Source: Owenia fusiformis
Taxonomy: Eukaryota
Direction of reading: 5' to 3'
Length of the DNA: 64,000 nucleotides
Assembly (NCBI GenBank): GCA_903813345.2
Contig: CAIIXF020000001.1
Coordinates: forward strand, 24,242,001 to 24,306,000
Positions 28,001 through 38,400 of the stretch are shown here, piece by piece. The first letter of the stretch is position 1; the number at the start of each line of letters is the position of its first letter. The notes under the pieces are model-generated. The model searched no databases. It worked only from the letters and a program-made list of their open reading frames with translations, and had not been told where the DNA came from. A program made the position numbers and the translations under genes.

Positions 28001-30840
28001 ACATTTGGATAGTGTACAGACTTGGTACTCCACATCTGCCCCATAACAGTCTAGAGGAGATCTTCCCTCCCCAGTCTCTGCATCAACACACCCCCTGCTT
28101 CTTTGTTGATAGCCAGTTTCACATGTCACTGAGCATGATGTCCAGTCACTCCACTCCTCCCACACAGGCTTAGGAGCTAAAAACAGCACAGTAATTTCAC
28201 AATTGATAGCTTGTGGTTCATCGGGATAATAATCGGCCAACAGTTCATGTTCTCATACAGTGATATCTTTAGCTTTAGAATACTCTGATATATACAAAAT
28301 GTGACTTTGTGATGTCAAAATTGCCTACTTCCAGGGTAGAGATTAAAAGGTGGATTGGATCGAGTGGATTGGATTCATGTAAAAGGTGGATTGGATTGGG
28401 AATCTTCAAAATATGGATTTTTTAGTTGATCTCCCTCTAAGCAATTTCTTCCGGCCTGAAGTATTTTGTGATTACTTGGGTCCCTTTAAGGAATTGACAA
28501 AGCAATGACAAATACATACTTCAATTAGTTGATAGATACCCTAAAGCATTTAACTGCTCTCCCTTGTAAATCAACATTAGTAAGACATAATAAACATAGA
28601 TCGGTAGATAAAAGCTGTCATTCAAATTGACGTGTGGGTGTTCCCAAGACATTATGCCATGTTCTGTTTGAATTTAAAACAGATGATATGGATCTTCGAC
28701 TTGAAAAGTCTGCCTTATGATTTGTGAAATGTCTAAAATTACCCTTGGAATGAATAAGATTGTGTATCAGGTCACCTTTCTAGTCTACCCAAGCAAAATG
28801 ATATAACATCTATTATTTGACATTGTGGAAGTGAGAAAAGCATTAATCGTCTGAATATAATTTTTTAAGGAAAATCCATATTTTGAAGAATCCCGATCCA
28901 ATCCACATTTTACATGAATCCAATCCACTCGATCTCATCCACCTTTTAATCTTTACCACTTCCAGAAATATGGAGGGTCACAGGTCAATAAAATGGATAT
29001 GCACACAACCTTATACAAATAATTTACAGACAGACATCTCCTGGATCCCAAAGACAATCTAAAATCTATGAAACACTCCAGACAATTTTTTTTTGACTGG
29101 TCAACATTTTGACCAGACAATTTGAAAACACGCTGGACAATTGTACTCGGTCAATGTCTTAAAAATAAAAAATATATACATAGAAACAGAGGGGTGGGGG
29201 GGGGGGGGGTATAAAATGATTGAAATTGTTAACCATTGAATTTTATATTTTGCATTGTTTCATTTGTCGACAACTTCTTCAGGCCAATTTATATTCTTTC
29301 ATTTGATGTGTAAAACAAAATTCATTGTCTCATGTCTCAGCAATATCTATCTGGACAATTTTGACCACACAGTTTCTTTTCAGACTCGACATTTGTCCGT
29401 TGTCAGGTGCATATTTCCCACACTGTAATTCATATGTACCTTCAATTTCACAAGTTTCTCCAATGAATCCTTCACCACAGATACATATGAAAGAGCGGCT
29501 ATTATTCATGCCATTTGTGTCAATGCAGTAGGCATCATTAGAACAAGGAGCACTAGCGCAGATTCCCAGGGCTTCCTAAAATCAGTTTGACAATACATTA
29601 CATATTATCAACTGTGCAGCATGTGCATCTGTGTTTCTTACTTTGCTATTATCTACAGTATATTGGTATTGTTAAGAAGGTGATAATTCAATTTGGCAAA
29701 TTAACATTTGGTAAACAAACACATTTGGTACTTCTAAAAAGAATTCCACTTGGGAGGTGTTCCACCTAAAGAGGTTAATTTATCATTAAGTCAATTGGTC
29801 TTAGGACTCTACTTGAAGAGGTATTCCACTAACAGAGGTGTTCATCTTCCAGGTTTCGCTGTATATAGAATATCAAGAGCATAATGCATTATTATGGAAT
29901 ATACCAGTTCTTTTTTACTTTGATTCTCTTAATACACTAAAAGCACTGCCAGCTTGATGAACCTGTTCGCTGAACAAAATTATATCTGGATATTTAATGT
30001 AAGATTTAATGGAAACAACTTAAAATAGCAAATTAAGTACAGTAGCTGAAATGAATGCCAGAGTTTTTCACTAATAGGTCCATGGGCACTTATTTGAAAG
30101 ATGTGTGTATGAAAAAAAAGTTATTTTCCCCTCTGTTTAAATGGGCATTCTATTTGAGGGCCTCTAAACAAAAATGATTCATGAAAGGGATTCTTATTGA
30201 TTGAAGTTGCTTAAAAACAATGTATGTATGGTTAAAATAATTTGAAATGAAGTTGCAAATATATGACAAAAGGACATAAAACAACTTTACCCTCTTAATA
30301 AAAGCCTATGGGCAACATTTTGATTTTGATCTCTTTAAAGAAACGCCCTTGCGAATTAAACCCCCAGTGGTCTTTTAGCAAAAAATCTGGTAAGTACTAA
30401 TTCTTACATAATGCAAAGTTCAACATGGAATGCATATGCAACAAATTTCAATAAACGTAATAATATAGAATTTTCTTTTCAATTCAGAACCATTGTTCAA
30501 AATTACATACCACATCAATAGTGAGATAATCCTTAGGGTAATGTATAAAGGTCTCCGTGATTTCAAACAAGTCAGCTTCACCAGGCAGATTTAACTCACA
30601 CAAGTTCTCTTGTGTGTTATAACTGTATGAGTGACATCTTGGCTCAGTGTGACACTGTCTGGCACATTGACTCAAAAGGTAACAAGTTGACTGTTTCAGA
30701 ATCACTGATCCTGTATAATGTCCAGTACTCGGTTCTGTAGAATTCTCATTCACATCCCATTTATACTCCAACGTCAAATCCCGATTCCCTGCTACTATGC
30801 TCAACCCATAAAACAATATTAAACATATCTTCGAATCCAT
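4062..30840 (-). CDS. Multi-exon secreted or membrane protein: SP-PAN-EGF-2xTSP1-SRCR-25xTSP1... (3' end outside window; possibly a BAI/ADGRB-like adhesion GPCR or SCO-spondin/hemicentin-like protein)
   Basis: 30 GT-AG exons joined in frame: 30840-30511, 29575-29440, 28176-27997, 27760-27593, 27333-27172, 26596-26453, 26228-26058, 25280-25116, 24745-24581, 24393-24229, 22927-22763, 19630-19466, 19176-19012, 18505-18341, 13443-13279, 13088-12924, 12482-12318, 12083-11919, 11654-11490, 11204-11040, 10465-10292, 10044-9880, 8537-8373, 7995-7831, 7513-7184, 6396-6232, 5876-5712, 5195-5031, 4731-4567, 4226-4062. Total 5260 nt with no stops. Each TSP1 exon reads like VDGxWxxWxxWxxCxxTCGGGxxxRxRxC..CP. 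Confidence 0.9.
11229..11365. repeat. ~24-bp minisatellite (about 6 copies)
   Basis: Variants of gtaagggcatttataaacacaaat in tandem. Confidence 0.75.
13666..16802. mobile_element. Non-autonomous TIR element (TA TSD) containing nested hAT-like MITEs
   Basis: TA|ttgaccctatgca...tgcatagggtcaa|TA with TGACGTCA near both ends. Inner inverted pairs: cagtggcgtagga (14150) / tcctacgcccctg (~15595) and caggggcgtagccag (~15074) / ctggctacgcctatg (~15330). Tc1-like end tacagtgcgtcc at ~16188. Confidence 0.6.
16844..17622 (-). mobile_element. 5'-truncated CR1/L2-like LINE
   Basis: ORF2 C-terminus [31 protein letters not shown]-rich tail (T-rich on + at ~16844-16870); 11-bp TSD cagggttgatt at 16833-16843 and 17623-17633. 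Confidence 0.75.
19861..21545. mobile_element. 1685-bp non-autonomous DNA transposon with CAC termini, 47-bp TIR and 5-bp TSD (Transib-like)
   Basis: cacgaggggaaagagtacccgtgtatatacaacctaccgccgagcaa (19861-19907) is perfectly inverted at 21499-21545; aagtg flanks both sides. Confidence 0.8.
22939..23840 (+). mobile_element. Helentron-associated non-autonomous element (HINE; CvA/pearl-like) with a 162-bp tandem array
   Basis: Starts aacaag; array anchors at 23085, 23247, 23409, 23571, 23733; (CCGC)n microsatellite 23761-23795; 3' hairpin tatcgtacct-tttgtt-aggtacgata (23811-23836) echoed near the 5' end (caatatcatacctaa). Confidence 0.75.
26453..27333 (-). CDS. Exons 5-6 of the TSP1 gene: group A SRCR domain split over two exons
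   Basis: 27333-27172 ([42 protein letters not shown]) plus 26596-26453 (..[34 protein letters not shown]). Six cysteines over two exons matches group A SRCR. Confidence 0.85.
27025..27105. mobile_element. 81-bp palindromic Academ-like MITE (TIR-only derivative of the element at 54133-54944)
   Basis: tagccttgcccaagt...acttgggcaaggcta; degenerate 9-bp flanks ctctgatac / ctttgacac. Confidence 0.7.
28335..28957. mobile_element. MITE with ~85-bp TIRs, GG termini and 8-bp TSD (Merlin-like)
   Basis: acttccag|ggtagagattaaaaggtggatt...atccaccttttaatctttacc|acttccag; GGATT repeats inside the TIR. Confidence 0.75.
29440..29575 (-). CDS. Exon 2 of the TSP1 gene: EGF-like domain (absent from the ORF track)
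   Basis: [45 protein letters not shown], six Cys with CxCxxGFxGxxC; phase 0 in, phase 1 out. Confidence 0.85.
30511..30840 (-). CDS. Exon 1 of the TSP1 gene: signal peptide plus PAN/apple domain
   Basis: Hydrophobic N-terminus [21 protein letters not shown]-like pattern [29 protein letters not shown]; phase-0 donor GTATGT at 30510. Confidence 0.8.
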
Positions 30841-32423
30841 TTTACAAATTTAAAATACTAAAGTAAATGACTATATTTCTCTTCATGTGAGGCAGGTGCC
30901 TCTTCTTACTAACCTCTGCAACTTTACCTGTCTGATTTTAATTAATATTCACCTGAATAATTGATTCTAATTGGCCCAGGTAAAGGTCCCACTTGAATAA
31001 TTGCACATCACAGAAGTTGTTAGGTTGGTCACAAGGGCCTTACCAGAACAATAACACCAGGATACTAATGAGGTATTAATGAGTATGTTGTCCTTTTAAC
31101 AACAATACCATAATGACTCAAAATTAGATTAAAAATAGGAGAAATATAAATATCATCACACATATAATAAAAATAATGATACATAGACCGTTTGGAAATT
31201 AGTTCTGAAGGATTTCAATCATTGATCATGTTCTGATTAATAATTTAAAAACCATCAGTCATGTTGCTGAGGCAAATATTTTGATAACTGGTCAATTCAT
31301 TATAGGGCAAGATCAAAACATACCTTTTGGGACAAATATAAAAGTAAATGAAAAACAGGGGGTAGGCGAACCTTCATTAAAGCAAAAACAATGAAATTAA
31401 TCCTGCATTGATATTTTGATCATTTAGAGTAAATGAACATTTGAAGAAGTTATCTCAGATCTAAAATTGTCAGCTGGTCAGAAAACAAAATTGATAAAAG
31501 TTAATTTCTACTGAACTTTACTTCAACTTGACTTTCAAAGGAACAATAGTTAGAGGGTTTAGTGGTCCTTGTGTTGTTTTAAGGGTTACAAAATATTGGA
31601 TGTCTAAAAAAGTGAGCCACTTTTTGGCAAGTATTTCCTCAGCAATAGATATCAATCTTACGTTACACGACTCAAACTCCAACCATTAATTCCTTCAGGA
31701 TTCATCTTTTTATCTTGAAACAGTTTTCAATTAATCAATAGTAGCCTCATCAGTTTCATTTACAGATGGCAGATATTATCATGATATTCCAGGCTACTTT
31801 ATAGAAATTTGCAATGAATTTGACTACATTAATCTATTGCTGTAAACATTCTTGTCAAAAAACTATTTTGGGACACCCGATATTAAAGGACTTAAATCTT
31901 GAACTCAAATTATTTTTCAAGGAGTATATAAAATTTAAAACAAATTGGAAAACTTGTATTTCAAGACAACAACAGATGAACAAACTCTACGTCCTTGACT
32001 CAACTTTTACTTTCTTAAAGGGCCAATAACAGCTCTTCTTATAACACTAAAATATAAAACGACTTGACTAAGACATACTTATTCTTTCCAAAATAAAAGG
32101 GATATTCAGGATAAGAATTTCAGCTAAAAGCTGTTTAACAAACAAATTCAAGTCTATATATATGTATTGTAACAACAAACAATTTATTTACAAATGCAAC
32201 TATTTCATAATTTCTATGACAATTAGTTGCAATAAATACACTATAATATAGAATGATAATCACTTCTTCATTATCCAATCAGTTAAAACTATTTCTATGG
32301 AAAAAATTGGCAGTGTTGATTAAAGGATCTGTCCGCGTACATAAAACAGAAAAAAACATTTTCTAACTTTGAAACTCTACAGTTAATGTCCTTATACTAT
32401 ATATGCATACATTAAGATATATT

Positions 32424-35400
32424 TTATAGTGTGGCCTTGCTGTATGCTGCTGAATCTGTGTCAGGGTTGTAGCCAAATCCTGGTATTCTTGGACGACTCT
32501 CTTTTGTAGCAACACTCGTTTCGGCACTTAAAAACACAAAAAGTAATAGGAATTATAGGTAAACAACAGTCAGATTGTGTCCAATTAGAAACAAATGTTC
32601 ATCTAAATAACTATGTGCTATTGGATATAAATGCAATAAATAATGTTTAACTTTAGAAATAAGTCTTTCAATTTTCCGTGAACACCTGCATTTGGAAGTC
32701 ACTAGATTACTGAGTTTAATACATTCAGAAGAGTGCATGTGTATCTTCATATGAATTTAACAGTAACAACGTTACTATAATTAATATTTTTAAAATTAAA
32801 AATATATAACAGCATATGCAACTCTCTAATCTAGGTTTTTCTTTGTCCCATTGTCATCACATATTATCTTGGTCCCATTGTCATCACATATTAAACAAGA
32901 CATTAACATGACAATTCACCACCTAGTTGCTCACGATATTAAGAGTTCAATCTTAAGTCAAACTTGAATATCTGAGAACTTGTAGATGATTTTGAAAAAA
33001 TGGTCAAATGTGAAGCAAGTTGAAGAAAGACCCTTTTTGACCCTGATAAGGTCATTGAAGGTGAAATCGATTTGAACTTCTGACAACTTGTAGATTATTT
33101 TGAAAACAAGGCACAGGGTGAACAATATAGTACCTAAAACCTGACAGTGTTGGCTAGGGTGTTTCACTTTTCAAGAATGTTCTCACATCATAACGGCCCT
33201 TTAACATGGGGTTACAAATGGTGCTGGTAGTTCACTGATTTTTTTCAACAAAATCGGATAACGTTAAAACTGGTCCATCAGGTTTTCCTGGAATCACCTT
33301 TTCCTGGCAAAGTATCATCTTCTTGTTTTTTAAAATGAATCAACAACAACATTTTAGATGAATTTGAGGCAAATCACTGAAGCGCCTATTTGGTAGACCA
33401 TATCTTCATATGAATTTAACAGTTACAAATTTACTATAATTAATATTTTTAAAATTAAAAGTATATTACAGCATATGCAACTCTCTAATCTAAGTTTTTC
33501 TTTGTTCCATTGTCATCACATATTATCACATATTATCTTGGTCCCATTGTCATCACATATTAAACAAGACATTACATGACAATTTATAGGTGTGTGATAC
33601 ATTTCAAAATTGTCATTTTACATGTCATAATTTGTTGGTTTCATTCGTTTAGCCAATGAAAACATTGTAAAACAAAAAATTGTCTGTTACGTACAATCAA
33701 TTTTGTTCAGTTTTGATTAGTTGTCAGAATAAAGTTACGTTCATCTGAATCCATGTATCAAAACAAAAATCCTATTTTCACTTCAAAATACTTCAGTGAG
33801 ATGAAGGCTCGGAATTGTCACATGCAATAACTTATTGTCGTATTCGTTATTTTATCTTCTCGATAGTAGCATTTAGTCGTACATTTGATGCCAGGTCACC
33901 TTGTCGCGTACCTCTTGGGGAACCCCACATTTATGTGTGTACTCATGGAAGTAAATTCCCCGGTGTAGCCGAGAGCCATAAACTTTTCAACAGGTTCGAA
34001 ATGACCAATTTCTCTCATATATACTCTAAATATTTTATTATTTAGCACCTACAAAGTATTGCTAATAACCATATGTAATTTCAATAAGGAAACTTATCTG
34101 GCTACATATAAATTCAATATCAACACTAGCTGTTCTCTCGACACGTCCTGGCTTACCTTGTGGTGACAAACCCTGGATTTTCGCTATTTATAGTTTATCA
34201 ACACCTGGACGCATGCGCATTTTATAGTTTATCGGGCACTTTAAGTGGTTTTCCTGGAATCGCGATGACAAGATTAAACTAAAAACTTCCAAAAGTTAAT
34301 CAGCTCTAGAAATTCTTACCATGTAATATGTGTGAAAATTTGAAGTAAATCTGTCGAGTGGTTTTCCTGGAATCGTGATGACAAGAAAGTGAGACGCCCC
34401 CTGCCACCCACCCGCCGCCCATCAAGGTGACGACAATATCGTACCTTTTTAGGTACGATGAAAAGTCAGTCTAAACAGTATTTGTTAGGTTACTGGAAGT
34501 TGTAAGAATTTGTAAAAGATGCCAACCACCAACCGCCACCACAAAAAATGGAGACCATTACAATATGTCACCACTTTTTGGTGGTGACATAAAAACCTTG
34601 AAATGTGGATACTTGTCATCCGAACACTTTTGACTGGTCCAAGAAGCGATCAGATAAGACAGGCTTTACTGTATAACACAAGAAAACAAATGTGTACAAA
34701 ATGTCCCCACCTATGGGTGATCCCGTCAAATGGTTATCCTGAAAATGAGTAGACAAGACTTTACTGTTACAATTTTGGGACGGAAAATGCAACTTGGCCA
34801 CCATAAAATTTACCCAGAATAACAAAAAATTAGTCAGCTCTAGATTTTCATACTAAGAACCACCCCTGAAATTTGAAATTGATCCGTCAAACAGTAAACC
34901 AGAAAACGCGTAAACAAGACTTTACAGACAAGATTTAGGACGGAAAAATCCAAAATGGCTGCTTTGACATTTGCCCAGAATGCCTAAAAACTAATCAGTT
35001 CTAGATTTTCATACTAAGAATCATCCCTGAAAATTCGAAATTGATCTACCAAACGGCTCACCTGAAAACGTGTAGACAAGACTTTACAGACAAGATTTTA
35101 CAGGGTTCGTACACCTTTTTCAAAATGAATTTCCCTGACAATTCCCTGACATTTCCAGGCAAAAAAGAAAATTTCCAGATCTAATTTTCCTCGCACGGCC
35201 TCTAAAAAGTCTCAAACAACTGTTATTCGAGACAAAAAGACTTATTATGAAACATTTTGGGTTTCTCCTTCAGTACCATTTCTCATGACTTAACTTTACT
35301 TGTACAGGCCATCTGATTCACCAATTTAATCCTGATACATTATATTTTTAATATTACATATTTTACATTGCATAAGGCCAAAGGTAAACATACATGTATA

Positions 35401-38400
35401 GGGGTGAAGCCAGCAAGTGTCAAGAGGGTGTAATTTTTTTGGTTTGCATCACTGCGAGCAAAAGTATCCCAAAGGGGGGGGGGGGTACGGAGGTTCACTC
35501 CCGAAATTTTTTTTAAATTAACATTGTACAGGGTGTCCAAAAAAAAACAGGACCGTAAGAAAGTTGAATAACTCGGTCAATTTTGCATATTTTGCCTTGA
35601 ATTTTCAGAATTCTTTAGTTCATTCAATGTGAATTTTGTTGTGAAAGTTTGATAATAATCTACCACTTGAGTCAAAAACCACAGCTCCTTACAAAACATG
35701 CCCCAAATGTGCAAAGCTCATCCCTATGCACAATTCAATCCGGCGACCAAAGCTATTGATGATCCTCCTACACACATGTCTTTCTGAATGGACAAGTTTG
35801 TTCCAAGAACAATTGCTACTGGGGCTTACATCCTCCTGATTAAGTGTTACGGCATCCATTGCATTCTGAACAATGTACTCCCTGGTTGGCAATGAGGAAT
35901 CATGGAATCATCAGTCCCTTTTGGTTCGAAGGTGACTGGGGACTTGCTATCACCATGAACAAGGACCAGTAAGTTCTCACCAAGTTTTGGAGGTCACTAA
36001 GCACCAGAAGGGACATCTAAGGAGATAATTAAGCAGTGGTTTCAACAAGCCAATACCACCCCAACACTGCAAATGATATGCTGAAATGGTTTAGGCAATG
36101 CTTTGGTGGTCAGCTCATCAGTTGCAGAACGCAAACCATATAGGCAGCTCATTCGCCTGATCTAAATCCCCCAAATTTTTATCTTTGAGGATTTCTCAAA
36201 GCCAATTTGTATACTGACAGGCCCCTAACAATCTTAAGAGGGCAATAACTACCCCAATATTTACCATCCACATTAATGTGTGTAGGTAAGGGTCATTAAC
36301 AACTTTGTTCGCAGGATTCGTTTGTGCATAGAGAGGAGAAGTGCCCACTTTGAGCATGTTTTGTAAAGGACTGTCGTTTTTGACACAATAAACAGATTAC
36401 TATCAAACTTTCAGAACAAAATTCACATTGGATGAACTAAATAATTCTTAAATTTCAAGGCAAAATGTGCAAAATTGACCGAGTTATTCAACTTTCTTAC
36501 GGTCCTGTTTTTTTTTGGACACCCTGTATATGGTGCATTCTAAGCATTTCAAATGTTTTGTAATGAATCCAAATGACAACTAAAACTTTAAAATGTTGAT
36601 CTAAATCCTACTAGAAAAATAGCAACTCACTTGAGGGGCAATTCCCACCTAATGAAACATATTTTTATTGAATACTATCATCCTTTAATACTCTTACTTT
36701 AATACTAGGAAAATATCAAATCATAGAACTGAAGGATGTCGGAGATTTCTCAAGCCTATATATCAGTTCAGATAATTTATCATCCACAATTTAGGATTGT
36801 GAACTGATGACATCATCAAAAAGTGTATATAACGATACATCCATTCATTTACAGTTAGAGGTCAACGAATAAAGAAGGAATGGTTCGCATCTAAATATTT
36901 CTAAAACGAACGTAAACAGGATTTAGCTGAAAATAAAAAATGCAAAATAACCTTTTCAATGATTTTCTTACAATTTTAACGCTTTCCTCCCCAAAGGGTA
37001 TCAAATAATCATACAAACAAAATTGTTCAGTTTATAAATGCCATACATATTTTAAATGGCCATTTGCTACATTTTTAATATTCTGATAAAATCATTTTGC
37101 TCCCTAACATTGACTGCTCCCTAACATTGACAAGAGTTATTTTTTATTATTTTTTAAAAAATTGAATAAAAGACGGCGTATCTGTTTGAAGTAAGAAATA
37201 TTTTAATCGGTATTTAGACTATCTTGGATAATAATTAGAAGCCTTCGTTAAATTACGTTAAAAAGTTATAATGGAACAAGGCATTAACATGACAAAATGT
37301 CACCACCTAAAACAATTTTGTCAATTTAAAGCAAGTTGAAAAAATACCTCTTTGACTTTTTTTGACATTGAGAAGGTCATTGAAGGTCAAATGTCAAATG
37401 TAAAGTCAGATTTGAACTTCTGAGAACATGTAGATGATTTTGAAAAAAAAATTAAGTAAATTTGAAGCAAGTTGAAAAAAGACCTTTTTGACCTTGAAAA
37501 GGTCATTGAAGGTCAAATGTCAAATCTAAAGTCAGATTTGAACTTCTGAGAACATGTAGATGATTTTGAAAAAAAAAATTAAGTAAATTTGAAGCAAGTT
37601 GAAAAAAGACCTTTTTGACCTTGAAAAGGTCATTGAAGGTCAAAGGTCAAATCTAAAGTCAGATTTGAACTTCTGAGAACTTGTAAAGTCAAATTTGAAC
37701 TTCTGAAAAGATGTAGATGATTTTGAAAAAAAAAATTGGTCAATTTGAAGCAAGTTGAAAACAGACCTTTTTGACCTTTTTTGACCTTGAGAAGGTCATT
37801 AAAGGTCAAATGTCAAATCTAAAGTCAGATTTGAATTTCTGAGAACATGTAGATGATTTTGAAAAAAAAAATTAGTCAATTTGAAGCAAGTTGAAAAAAA
37901 ACCTTTTTGACCTTTTTTGACCTTGAGAAGGTCATTGAAGGTCAAATGTCAAATCTAAAGGTCATTGAAGGTCAAATATCAAATCTAAAGTCAAATCTAA
38001 AGTCATATTTGAATTTCTGAGAACATGTAGATGATTTTGAAAAAAAAATTTAGTCAATTTGAAGCAAGATGAAAAAATACCTTTTTGACATTTTTTAACA
38101 TTGAGAAGGTCATTGAAGGTCAAATGTCAAATCTAAAGTCAGATTTGAATTTCTGAGAACATGTAGATGATTTTGAAAAAAAAATTTAGTCAATTTGAAG
38201 CAAGTTGAAAAAAGACCTTTTTGACCTTTTTTGACTTTGAGAAGGTCATTGAAGGTCAAATGTCAAATCTTAAGTCAAATCTAAAGTCAGATTTGAATTT
38301 CTGAGAACACGTAGATGATTTTGAAAAATTTCTTTAGTCAATTTGAAGCAAGTTGAAAACAGACCTTTTTGACCTTTTTTGACCTTGAGAAGGTCATTGA

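Noticed and set aside
4014-28173. Many short plus-strand and alternative-frame ORFs over the TSP1 exons
   Set aside because: They are antisense or frame-shifted shadows of the TSP1 exons with no independent coding signal
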